Shown here piece by piece: positions 38,745 through 50,539 of a stretch of DNA of 64,000 nucleotides. Origin of the DNA: Gnetum montanum (lineage: Eukaryota > Plantae > Gnetophyta). Under the pieces are notes generated by a model. It was not told the DNA's origin, ran no database searches, and worked only from the letters and a program-made list of their open reading frames with translations. How positions within the stretch are numbered: the stretch's first letter is position 1; every line of letters begins with the position of its first letter. Made by a program: the position numbers and the translations under genes. Location of the stretch: the NCBI GenBank assembly GCA_015680685.1, contig MNCI01001941.1:802834-866833 (forward strand). The letters are read 5' to 3'.

Positions 38745-39716
38745 CAGGCAAGTCCTCAAGGTAGCAATGGTAGATGCAGATGTGTAGATGGTAATGAGTT
38801 AGTAGTAGTTAGATGTGTGGTAGGTTACAATGAACCTCCCCTTTCCTAAGTAGTAGCTAGGAAACCTGCGATGGTGGTAATAATCATAGCAACTACGAGA
38901 ATGATGGTTGGCGGCCTCTTTCTAGCTATGGGTGGTAATGGTGGTGGTAGCATCGGCCATGCATTAGAAGAAATGGGACATGTGAGGTTCTATTTTTCTC
39001 TACAATGGTGGAGGTGATGCATGTGCATAGTAGACTAGACATATAGCACGTTGGTCCCTAACTACAAGTGCATGGCATTCACTGCAGTAGGCAATCTCTC
39101 TCAATGGCAGTGAAGCTACAATAAGTAGCCTTCCTAGGTTTTCTACCATCAATGATAGGTGGCAAGTGAATAGCAGCATCTATGGTAGGTGCATCTGTGG
39201 TAGAAAATATTAGGCAATCATAGACAGTAGCAAGTATGCCCTCCAAGTGATGACACAAGGGTCCTACCTCTCCTCTCTTCAGTAATGCATGTGGTAGATA
39301 GAATGGTGTGCATGCCAAGAAATAGAGGCTATGAATGATGTGTCTACAATACATGGAGTAGATAGCAGTGACATCTATCTCTCTCTCCCTCTCCTAGTGA
39401 CTACGAGTAATGTTGGCTACAACAGGGTTTGCAATGACAAGATGGCATGAACCAACAATAACAGCAAGGACTAGGAAAAAGTATAAATTTTCTAGTTACC
39501 TACTATATTTTCATGAAGTCTTGAATTTTAAGATAGTTATCCTATTTAAATTCCCCAATTTTCTAGTTTAATTTCATTTTTTTAACATCACATGGCCCTC
39601 TCTAGCTAAGACTATTCCTGGGTTTCCATACCCATATGAGAGGCACCTTAGATAATAGTCTCCTTAAACAAGTTTTTTTTTCTGATGTTGGTGCGTCCAA
39701 AATTTATGCCCCAACA
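38745..39716 (+). repeat. 3' LTR of D, right part
   Basis: Matches ~23140-24100; ends CAACA followed by the TSD. Confidence 0.9.
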
Positions 39717-39759
39717 CTAGTATCATACGTCTTGTTAAAACAATACTTTGAGTCTCCAT
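39717..39759 (-). pseudogene. Probable N-terminus of the CCR4-like ORF, separated from the rest by D
   Basis: ATG at 39759; METQSIVLTRRMILVNRND reads across the TSD into 22349. RRMILVN resembles the RRLIPV that precedes the plant CCR4 catalytic domain. A frameshift is needed before YNVLA. Confidence 0.55.
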
Positions 39760-40444
39760 GTTGTTCTACTGTATGTTTTAGTTGCTAAACAAATTGATAT
39801 ACATCATTAAAGATTGTTATGTTTCATCAACTAATTATCGAATGATACATTAACTGATTCTCCAACTAATCATCAACTAAACTAATACTAATACATAATT
39901 ACTACATTATCTAATTTTAGCAATATATAACTACATCCTCTAATTTTAGTAAAATATTATTATATCATCTAATTCTTAATGTCCTTTCCACCCTCCTTAA
40001 AGACACTAACTCTAGTAATGTAACTAATGACATGTCATACAGATCCTAAGGCTATCTACAAAGGTTATTTTCCCAACAAGGTATGATTAGTTATCCTTAT
40101 GTTATTGACTTTTAAGATGTAGTTTCATGATATTATCAAATTATTGAGTATCCAAATGAAAAATTTGACTTCACCGTTGAGTTCAAAAGGGTGAAAAATA
40201 TTTGAAATTACTATTCATATGTTAGAAATGAACATCGTATGATCAAGTTATGCTAAAATTAAACTTTTGAGGGTCTTAAGGCACTATTTTGGGCAAGAGG
40301 TGAAAACTAATTTTTGGTGTTTTCTAGGATAGATCTAACTTCACCATTGTGTCTAAAATATTAAAATCTATAGGAAACAACTCTTCGTTTATCAAGAAAG
40401 ACTTCCATATCAATAGTTGTGGCCTTTGAAATCTAGAACCTTTT

Positions 40445-40520
40445 GGTGCAAAAAATGAGACTTCCTAAGAGGTCACCCATCCTAGTACTACTCTAGAATG
40501 AGTGCAATTAATTACAAATT
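40445..40520 (-). pseudogene. 5S rRNA-derived fragment (3' half, internal promoter region)
   Basis: AGGTCACCCATCCTAGTACTACTCT (40470-40494) matches the reverse complement of plant 5S; weaker match in the flanks; no oligo-T terminator. Confidence 0.85.
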
Positions 40521-40679
40521 TTTTATCTCACATATTGCTAATGATTCAAATTCCTTTTTTGAAAGCTTTTTCCCATGATCTTAATTTTAGCTAATTTTCA
40601 ACAAAAGGAAATTTAAATTTTTTTGTTGGTTAACAGAAAAATTTGATTTTCCCATTAATTGATAGAAAAATTGTTAGTG

Positions 40680-41070
40680 CTAGAATGGGCCATTATGAAA
40701 GCCATTGTTAGTGTCTTTGGTGCCAATGATGGACCATTATGAATGGTGCTATCGATGCCAATGGTTCCTAGGATGGGCCATTATGGATGGTGCCATCAAT
40801 GCCCATGGTGCTTACTATGGGCCATTATGGATGATGCCATTGCTGCCCACGATGATCAAAATGAGTCGTTATGGATGGTGCCATTAGTGCCCATGCTGCT
40901 TGAAATTGGCCATTATGAATAATATCATTGGTGCACATAGTGCCTAGTTGGACCATTATGGATGGCACCATCAATGCCCATGGTGCCCAAAATGGACCAT
41001 TATGGAAGGTACCATCGGTGCCCATAGAGCACCAAAATGGACCATTATGCACTAAGCCATTAATGCCTGT
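40680..41070. repeat. Minisatellite, ~40-45-bp unit, ~9 copies
   Basis: Repeated AATGGACCATTATGGATGGTGCCATCAATGCCCATGGTG. Confidence 0.85.
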
Positions 41071-41779
41071 AGACACTGTGAGTGGCCAAAAATTATGGTG
41101 GATTTTCAAGTGATGGTGATGTAGGGAGAGGTAATGTAGGCATAGGAAGTAGCACAAGTAGCATAGTAAAATGTTGTAGGCAATACGACAAGAGTAGAGG
41201 GAGGTGGCAATAGAGCTTGCATAGTAGAGAATAGTAGCAAGATGCTATGAGGCAAGAGAGCAATAGGTAGTGGTGAGGACATAGGAAAAATTCATCAACA
41301 CACTATCAGATGTGTGCCACCTCCATCACTAAAGCATAGCACCCACACACACAATGCTAGCCCTCTTGGACTGGGCCACATCTAACTACACAAAGTTGGC
41401 ATGTCCCTCCATCCCAAGACTATGGCCTTCATGGGGACGCTCTAGGTGCACAAGGTTGGCATGAGCCCCAATGAGCATAGGCTCTTCATGACACGCACCA
41501 TTAAGGTTAGCACACTACACACTTTCTACCATTCTCTTATCATCATTTGTGGTCCCAACCACTATGGTGATGCCATGGTTGCATGATGGAGGTAGACAAA
41601 ACATGTAGTATTTGTATGGCAAAGTGGCATTATGGCCAACGATAGGTAGAGTGACAAGTAAACAAAGGTTTTAATAGCCCTCAATAGGGGCTACATACCC
41701 TTTAGAGGGCTTTTGCACCCTAATTTTTTTATTAATTATGTGTGTGTGTGTATGTACATATATTAATTAAAACTTATAT

Positions 41780-41812
41780 GAGTAGGTTTGAACCCATGAC
41801 CTCTTGCTTCAT
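41780..41812 (-). other. tRNA B-box-like fragment
   Basis: Minus strand GCAAGAGGTCATGGGTTCAAACC; no complete cloverleaf. Confidence 0.4.
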
Positions 41813-43309
41813 GTTGTTTTTTTTATCCTTTTCAACTTTTTCTTATTATTTTATTCAACCTTATCTTGGTAGTTGACATGGCGGTTTGGCCAATGACAGG
41901 GTGGAGGTTCAATGTTAGTAAATGAAAATTCTAGGCTGATTTCCAACACTAAAATTTTTTGCATTTTTTTAAATAATAATTTAATATTATTTTAGTGCAT
42001 TCAAATTCAAAAACTTAAAACTATGATATCTCCCAAATTGTAAGTCTAATCAAGATGAAATTTGTACCATTAGAATTGTCTCAACAAGTTCTATGCATTG
42101 AGCATCATATTAGGGTTCAAAAATGAAGTTGAATTTTCAAGATTTTGGAAGGTTCACTAACCTATTCTACCAGCCAATATTAATGAGTTGACATATGGAT
42201 GACATGATAATTTATAAATGGCTCTAAGTTACTTAGAATAATGAGTTCTAATAAACAATATCAGTTTAGGTAATGGTTACTAATGTTTTGGAAGAAACTT
42301 AACAATGACCTTAATCAATTAATATTTATAGCATTAAGTTGGATAAGAGTTACCTACATTGGTGTATTCTTGTCTTACCAACATCTATTACCATTCATGA
42401 ATCATGATGAGGTGTAGTCAAATATCTTAGAAATATGGTACATTTGGTGATGATCAAAGATTTTTCCTATGTCATGGCTTGATGATTCATCATCAAATTC
42501 ATGTTGTAGTCAGCCCATGGTTTTGAATGGCCCTTGGGTCACGATTTGATCCAATACCAATTGTGACATCCCATCCTTGAATGTCATGAAAAATGTCAGA
42601 TATACATTATATTAGACATTATGCATAATAAGAAAATATACCAAATGTGAAATATATGTAATATTCAACATTATGCCTACAAAAAATAATAGAGAAAGTA
42701 CAAAAAGAGAAAGTAAAGAATGCTTTATTGATGTGAAATAATGTATCTAGATCATGCTCTAAGAGTGTTCCTTGGGATTTTCTTCCTTGGCATTTATCCC
42801 TTAGAGGTAATCCAACACTGACACCATGGTTAGGCCTATAATTTGGCTAGAGGGGATGGCTAGTCCACTTCCTGTCCTACTTCACTAGGCTCTTGTGACT
42901 TGCCTATGCTAGCTCCACCACTCTATGCCTAGCATGACCTCTAAGCCTAGGTATAAATTATTTAGGTTAAACCCCTAAAGGTTACCTCAAGAGACACATC
43001 TGTTATTAGAACATGTCATTTTGGTTCTTAATTACAACTATCCTTTCAGGGCTTGTTATGATAACAATAATACTTGTTATGAAGAGGCACCATCTTCATT
43101 AGGTAGTAAGATCATTTGGAATGGAAATGTGATAACTACACTGGCCCAACATATTCCTAGTATCTCCTCAATATATTTAAATATTGAGAGCCCAAAAATG
43201 ATGAATTTTGACTCAAATGCAAGGTCTGGTGATCTCAATGTGTCCTAACAAGATCTTGCGGTTGACATAGGTGTTTTCTAGGTTATGTTTTCCTTGTTTT
43301 GGAGGTTAA

Positions 43310-44600
43310 CATGTGGACTACACTAAGCCTAGACTAGGACTATGCTGATCTAGTGTAGTCCCATCTCCTTCCAATGTAGTTTAGGCTTGGGGTGATCAAT
43401 GGAGGTTCACATGGTTGCCAAAAGTTTTAACAAAGTTTTGGGACTATTTGGTAGTGAACTTATTCAATTTTGAAAAGCTTTTCATGCAATTTTAAGGGAC
43501 TGCATAAGGCCTAGAATGGGACTACACTAGCCCAGGGTAGTCTTAGTCTTCATCCAATGTAGGCAAAGTGGGCATGAGGGAAAGTGATGAAAAATGTTAG
43601 TTTTATGGAGTTAGAAAGGCTTACACAAAGTATTAGGGTTTACTAGCATCAAATTTATGTTAATCTTGAGCAAATTTGACTAGTTTTTCATAGACTACAC
43701 TAGGCCTATAGAGCGATTACACTAGCCTAGTTTAGTCCTCCCCTTGTCTCAATGTAGTCAAGGTGGAAATGGCCAAAAATGGTAAGAAATGAAAGTTTTG
43801 ATGTTAGAAAACTCTAAATGAATTCTTACGATGTTCTAGAGGTTGGTTTTTTATATTTTATTAGTGGATTCTCCAACTTGGAATGGACTATGCTGGCCCA
43901 ACATAGTCCTCCTCCTTCTCTTAGTGTAGCCCATGTGATGGATACCAAACTATGAAGGAAGCTAGGTTTCATGGTTCGATGAGCTTAAACTAGGGTTTCA
44001 GGGTTTACCAAAGTCAAGTTTCATTTTTTTTGAGATTTTTTGATAATTTTTCAAGGGGAATACACTAGGACTAGACTAGGACTATGCTAGCCCAACATAG
44101 TCCCTAGTTTCCCCAACATAGTCACAAGGGAAAGGGGAAAAGTGACACCATTTACTATAATCAACCATGCTTTAGGTTTGCCAAAGGCTCAAACTAGGGT
44201 TTTGTAAAATGGTGTGTTGATTCAAGATCAATTGAGGGTTGAATGGATTGGATGGGCTACTTGGGATTATAGGAAGGCAAGATATGGTATTGGACTATGC
44301 TAGGAAGTAGCTAGAACTATGTTGGCCCAGTGTAGTCGCTCACTTCTCTCAGTGTAGTTGATGATAAGGTTTGATTCTTGTCAAATTTGAAGTGCTTGTG
44401 ACCAATTTTTAGTGTCATTAAGAGTTTTGGCTAGTGTCTAATGAGTTTATTTTGTCAATTTGGAAGCCTATAAAGGTTGGATGGGCATATAGAAGTCATC
44501 CCATCATGGACTACACTAGTAATAGTTGGGACTACGCTAGTTCAACATAGTCCTTGTCTCCCTTTAGTGTAGCCTTGTTGTCTTGCTCAAGAACTACCAC
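43310..44600. repeat. Array of 25-bp palindromes at ~170-235-bp spacing within LTR E
   Basis: Copies at 43337, 43519, 43714, 43885, 44079, 44314 and 44529. Confidence 0.8.
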
Positions 44601-44731
44601 ACTTTGTCATATTCTTGAGTTTCAAGGTGCATAAGTTAGGTTCTTTGTCTCCCTTTAGTGTAGCCTTGTTATCTTGCTCAAGAACTACCACACTTTGTCA
44701 TATTCTTGAGTTGCAAGGTGCATAAGTTAGG
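44554..44731. repeat. Near-perfect 91-bp tandem duplication
   Basis: 44554-44640 versus 44645-44731. Confidence 0.9.
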
Positions 44732-46180
44732 ATCTAGGAGAGGTAGTGTGAAATTGTAATTGTTCTATGGTACCTTTCCTCACTATTCCATTCTTTCCCA
44801 TTATCGATTCCATCTTATGTATTCCATTTCATGTATTTCATTTTTTAGATATATGCTCATTTTTAGTCATTTCTATGTAGATCTAAGGCTGTTTGATTAT
44901 TTTCATCTTAGCAAATTAGATTTTCAAAATGGGCTTGCTATTTTGATGCTTTTTCCAATTTTATCAACACGAAATAGGTTTCTTAGATCTAGGATGAATG
45001 ACTTATCAAAATTAAATTATAATGAAATCTTACCCCCTTATTTCAATGTGTTTTTAAATGGACTGAAGTTTGTTTGGCCATTTTGACTATGTTTCATGGC
45101 TAGGCTAAGCCAAATTTTACAAGTTCTATGATTTTTGAGTGAAAAATCAAGCAATGTTGTGTATTTTTTACTAAGAAAATAGATTCATATTTTAAAAATA
45201 TATTGTATGGATTTGTAAGGTTATCTTCAATCTTTCCAATATTTTTTGTTTCATTAAACTTGAATTTTGTAATGATGAAGTTATGCCCATTTTAGTTGAG
45301 TTGTGTATGTAGCATTCATTGTCATTTTTCAATTTTTATAAATGCTATAATTCTTTTTTGAAAAAAAAACAAGGGTTTTCAATTTTCTATGACTGAATTC
45401 ATACAACCTGATTCAATCTTTCAAATGGTGGTGGACTCACTCTATTTGGAGCTCAAATGAATTTTTGGCAAATTTTTACTAACCCTATGTGAAAGGGGGT
45501 TCATGCTCATGGCTACAGTCATGACAATTTGGTAATATTTTCTAAATAATTGGTTAATAATTCTAATGATTTCTTGGTATGGAGATGTGGTTTCAGGTTT
45601 TAGAATTCCAAAAACTATGGAATTGTTGATTTTTGTAAAGTAGTTAGTTAGTTATGGTCATTTCCATTTGGTTGCACAAAATCATGGTTACGAGGCTATG
45701 ATGCATTTACCCCTCTAAAGATGCACAATGTTGAGGTTGTGAAACATTTTTTCTATCAATGTCCCATAGTCTTGGAGATAGTTTGAGAGGTTAGGAAGGG
45801 ACTAGAAGTAACTTGAATTAAATTTTAAAAAATTCATATTTTTCCTAGGTGTTTTCCTATGGTCATTTTGGTGCCAAGTGTGAAATTTGATGGAATGTTG
45901 GTTATAGTATTACATCATGTGTCAAAATATTTTCAAAGGATAAAATTATTCATTGAATTTGAGAATTTAGTCTTTTACTATTATTTTCATGTTTTTAGTC
46001 CTAAACTATCAATTTCATGTTTTCAATTGTATTATATCATTGTTATAGTTTTACTTTTAAATAGTCATTTTGTGTAAACTATTTCAAATTTTGTGTAAGT
46101 GTTGTTTTTTCTATGTTTAATCGTTATAAAGCTTTGGTTTTAAGGTTGCATGGATATATTTATTGTGATTGGATGTTACA

Positions 46181-49100
46181 AGGCCTTATTGAAGTCCATC
46201 CTAGTGGTAATAGAGATGGTGGGGATGTTTTGATGCATTGACATGCCAACACCTAAATCCCTAAACCCCAACATGGAGTGGGATCAGTGTGGGATATGGT
46301 TTATGAATGGGCCTTAGAATTTCTAGCATACTTACTTCATAACTATAGTATGATAGTTTGATCTTGAAGTTTGAGGTAATGACAATGATCATGAAGACCA
46401 TCCTTCCTAAACCCTTCAGATTAATTATGAAATTCATCATGAATAAATCTCATGCCTATGAAGGAGAGGAGACACATGATGACATGACTATCATGGATCC
46501 TCATAAACTATCTTGAATTTAGAAAGATGCCTAAATTTAGACAGTATAACTTGGACAACATCTTGATTGTTAATCATTGTGCCCATACATAATTCCAAAA
46601 CCCTCATGGCATTGTCTAGTGCATAGAGGGGTAAGTAGTATTGTTATCTTGGATATTTTTTGTTTTTGTGCATTTTAGTTTATAACTATGTATGATCTAT
46701 TATTTTACTTGCTTACAGGTTCAGGATGGATGATCATGACCAAATCAAGGATGACAACCTTTTGCTCCTAGCTCACACAACTCTAGAGGTACTCACTAAG
46801 AACCCAAACATGAGGCTTGCAGTGTTGGAGCAATTCCATGGAAACCTTGAAAGTAGCATTAGGCCTACAAGATATGACTAGCAAATGTGAGCATAGATAG
46901 CTAGTGGGCTAGCCCATCTCTTGATGATTTAGACTTGGACCCACAACCCAAAATTCCTACAATTCCTAAGTCATATAGGAAAAGTAAGTGTTATTAATTT
47001 GTTAACCATATGCTGACATTTTTTTCTAATTATATTATCATTAGGCTATTTTAGTCTTTGTTGTTTATGTAGTTATATTTGTTGCAATTTTTTTCACCTA
47101 CACGAAGGCTAACAAACTACCTTTTTCTATGTTGCAGTTATTGCTCCATCTACTAAGGTTACAATTATCACTTTAATACCTATGAAGGAGACCTTGATCC
47201 TTAAGTTTGATGAGGTGGAATCCTCATACAACTAGTTATTAGATCATGTGTCCAATGCTATACATGCAAGGTTCATCCATGCAGGCCTATTTGACCTCTT
47301 CATGGCCTCAAGCCTAATCATTCCTACCATAAAAATGTTCAACATCTTTAACTTCTCTAACCAAGGAGTTCATAGGTTCATAACCCATGTTCATAGTGTG
47401 ACTATTGTTTTGGACATTAATGCATCCATATTCAGTGACCTATTTAGTGTCCCAAATGATGGCATGTTAATTATTGTCAAAGTAGGGAAAGAGGTGGATC
47501 ACTGAGAAGAAGTGGAAGGTGGTTAAACACTCATTGTGGTAGCAAGGGATACACTCTAAGAGAGATCAAATCAAGATTGATTAGGGAGATGTATTCCTTA
47601 TTCCTATCTTGAGCATTTCCTAAGTTATTATTACAAGGAAATATCTTAGATGTGGAACAAGCTTAGGCCATGAGGTAGGTATTCACCGAGGGCATCCAAT
47701 TCAATTGAATTGCACTCTTAGTTTCTAGGCTTCAGTTGGAGGTCCAAAAACTTTGCAAGAACCTCACTATGAAGTGCCATGTGAATTTCACACTCTTTGC
47801 ATCTTACATGCAAAGTTTCATAGAATTTCTAGTGATGAGAAAGGATCGATGATGGGTTGCTCAAGATCCATCTCAATTTTATAGGCCCTAGGTGAATCTT
47901 CTTGCTCCAAACACTAGGGCTCAAGATTCACCAGAAAGTTGTAGATGAATCCTTGTTTGTCACCATCAAGAACCTTGATGAAAAACATTTTACATCTATC
48001 AATAGCACTAGGGCTAAGCCTCTTACCATACCAACCACCATTAATAAGGCTCAAAGATTATGTGTAAAGGTTGAGGGTACAACCAAGGAGAACCTTAATA
48101 AGCTTTTGGTAGACCACATAGTGCTAATAGTTGGGAACCTCCCAAGAAAAATATGAATGTCAAGATTAGAGGGATGAAAACTAAAATTAGGGGTATGTAT
48201 CTTGTTGATTCATTTCTTTATTATTACTTTGCTCAAATGAAATGGTTGATTTGAGCCTTTGTATATTGTGCTAAGCCCTCTATGTGTTATGGTTGATTCC
48301 TCTTGTAGATAAGCAACAAGAGTGGGAGGCTATAGTAGTACAAGAGTAGGAAGCTATAGCAGTAGCAACCACTGTTGAAGAGGAGTGGAGGAATCAAGAG
48401 GAGGAGGAGATGTAATGTTAGGAGAAAGAGATATTAAAGCATTATGAGGATGATGCATTGGAGAAACGGGCTTGCATCCTTTTCCTCCTATTGGCTACTT
48501 TGATGCCAAGCTAGAGAATCCACAAATGAGTGAATCTCTTGTTGCCACCTCAAAGGATATTTCAAGTATGCATAATTTTTAGTTCTAAGTATTTTACATG
48601 TTATGTTTCATTGATTCCTATCTAGTAATGATCATGATCATTTATTCACTGCACCTGTTGTAGATCAAAAGCCACAAGTAAAAGCATCCATTTCTACCTT
48701 CGTTATGTAACCATGGGTGGAAACCCCTGATAAACTAGAATTTATGTAGGGTGTAGCTAACGATATGATTAGTCAATTACAATAGATAGCTCCTGAAATT
48801 GGTAAGATTTTAACTCATTTTTCCTTTTATGTTTTTGATCTGCTAGATGGTTTTCTTGGCTATGTAGTTTTCATTATTAACTGGTTTCCAACAATGCCTA
48901 ACCTAATATGGGATTCCAACAAGCCCATAAATGTCAATGTGTTTCCTTCCTTATCTTTTGATATGGAGAATTTCCCACATAAACTATATGAGGGTGCCAC
49001 TGGATGTGCACTCTCATGTGCTAAGCCTTTGTGGGAATGTAGACATTCTAATCAGTTCCTATGGCAACAAGTCATAGTATTGAGGGAGGAGAATAAAAAG

Positions 49101-49890
49101 TTGAAAGAGGAGGTAAAAGACCTTAAGGACTGTAAACATTTCATAGAGGCTCTAGTAAGAAACAAATAATCCTTACATACCAAGGAGGTACTTTGTTCTG
49201 ACTACTAGAATGCACTTCAAAGTAAGGTCCCCCTTGCTAGAGAGATTGTACAACAAAAGCTTCAAATTGATCTCATCAACTACAAGGCTCGTGAGTGGAA
49301 GGAATACTATGCTTGGATCCTTGAGTGGGCTTGTAAACAAAAGAACCACAAGAGGATCTATAAAGGTGAGCAATATTCTTACCTTAAGTGGCTATAGGAG
49401 GAGTCTACAAAGTGGTAAAAGCTAAAGCTATTTATGATGGGTATTAATATGGAGGATTTCTATAAGATATTCATAAATAATATGACTATAGCTACTTCTC
49501 CTACTCATCAGATTACTTCTACCTCAGGGAAGGCAACCTCAACCACATTTTTGCATGAGCCTCCTACATGAACTAACATTGAGAGGACTAGTATCTTTAC
49601 CAGTCTTGATCTTGGGGATATTGATTGATCCAACATGTTTGAAGATGAACTCCTCCACAATCTAGAGGTTGGTCTTTAGACTTTCCCCACAAAACTTATA
49701 GCTCTCAAACCATCTCAAGTTATTTAATTTAATTTTAATTTCATTAATTTTCATTTTGATGTTTATTGGTTACTAATCATTTTTGGTTTTGTCATGTTAC
49801 AAGCACCAAAAAACATCAGTTGCCCTAGTTGTGGTGATGGAGATGATGATAACCTCCTTCATCAAATGATCCATACTTCTATCAGTTGCT
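46181..49890 (+). pseudogene. Multi-exon antisense accessory gene of element C (homolog of the B gene)
   Basis: GT..AG introns 46631-46718, 46984-47137, 48193-48308 and 48566-48663; further introns 48802-~48890 and ~49719-49802 with decayed acceptors. ORF 47248-47505 aligns with ORF 29187-29435. Confidence 0.78.
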
Positions 49891-50539
49891 TCGTTTATGC
49901 CCATTTTAGTTTTAGTTGATATGATTTTTGATGTTGATGATGTATGGCTAGTGTTAGCCAAAATGGTTTACTATTTAACATTTTGAAATCTGGACATATT
50001 TAGCACATTATGTGGCCATGATTATGTTGTCATGGACATTTTTATTTTTTATTTTAAATATACATTTGAATTTTAGTTACAATGTTCTAGAGTTATGATT
50101 TTCTTTATGTTGTAATGTTACTTTATGATCTATGTTCTAAGGCTACATTTGCTAAATGTGATAAACGGTTGAAATGGCTAAGAAATAAAGTTGTAGGCAT
50201 AAATAAATTGAGTTATAATGGTTTTTTTCCAATTTAAGGTCTTAGTGGATTATACTACTAGTTTCAGGCCTTGGCAAGCCACAATGCCAATTTAAGATCT
50301 TAGCAAACCATAGAGAATGTAAAAGTAAAAGTTTTTTATGATGTATTCTCTTTAAGAAAAAGTAAACAGGTTTTAGATGTAAAACAAAATAAATTCTAGG
50401 CCATAAAAAATTTTAAATTTAAACCCAAGAGAAATGACATAGTACTAACAAGTAAAGTGTAAAACAGGCTATTAGGCTACACATGTCATAAAGTCACATG
50501 GTTGCAAACGCATAGGGTATGAGAAAGATCAAGAGCCTG

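Larger units (their letters stand above)
22355..39716 (+). mobile_element. Non-coding LTR retrotransposon D (~1.75-1.8-kb LTRs, 378-bp internal region), interrupted by element B
   Basis: TSD CTAGT (22350-22354 and 39717-39721); TGTT..AACA ends; PBS-like TGGGTGTTAGAAGGAGGG at ~24106-24123; PPT-like GGGGGCTAAG before 24479. Confidence 0.92.
42548..46180 (-). mobile_element. LTR E (42562-46180, ~3.6 kb) with decayed Met PBS, inserted in the antisense gene of C
   Basis: Terminal inverted repeats TGTGACATCC / GGATGTTACA; GATCCAATACCA (42548-42559) resembles the reverse complement of TGGTATCAGAGC; no TSD around the LTR. Confidence 0.7.

Noticed and set aside
40445-40520. Functional 5S rRNA gene or Cassandra element
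   Set aside because: The 5' part is missing, there is no terminator or array, and no paired short LTRs.
40705-41157. Three overlapping ORFs
   Set aside because: By-products of the minisatellite; the peptides are repetitive on both strands.
43310-44600. CRISPR-like array (palindromic repeats with spacers)
   Set aside because: Spacers are 150-200 bp and partly related, repeats are degenerate, there are no cas genes, and the context is a eukaryotic LTR.
42562-46180. Solo LTR
   Set aside because: The flanks differ (CCAAT vs AGGCC) and a PBS-like site adjoins it.
46181-49890. Host gene with introns
   Set aside because: Its homolog lies at the same position relative to gag-PR inside TSD-bounded element B. 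Both copies are full of stops.
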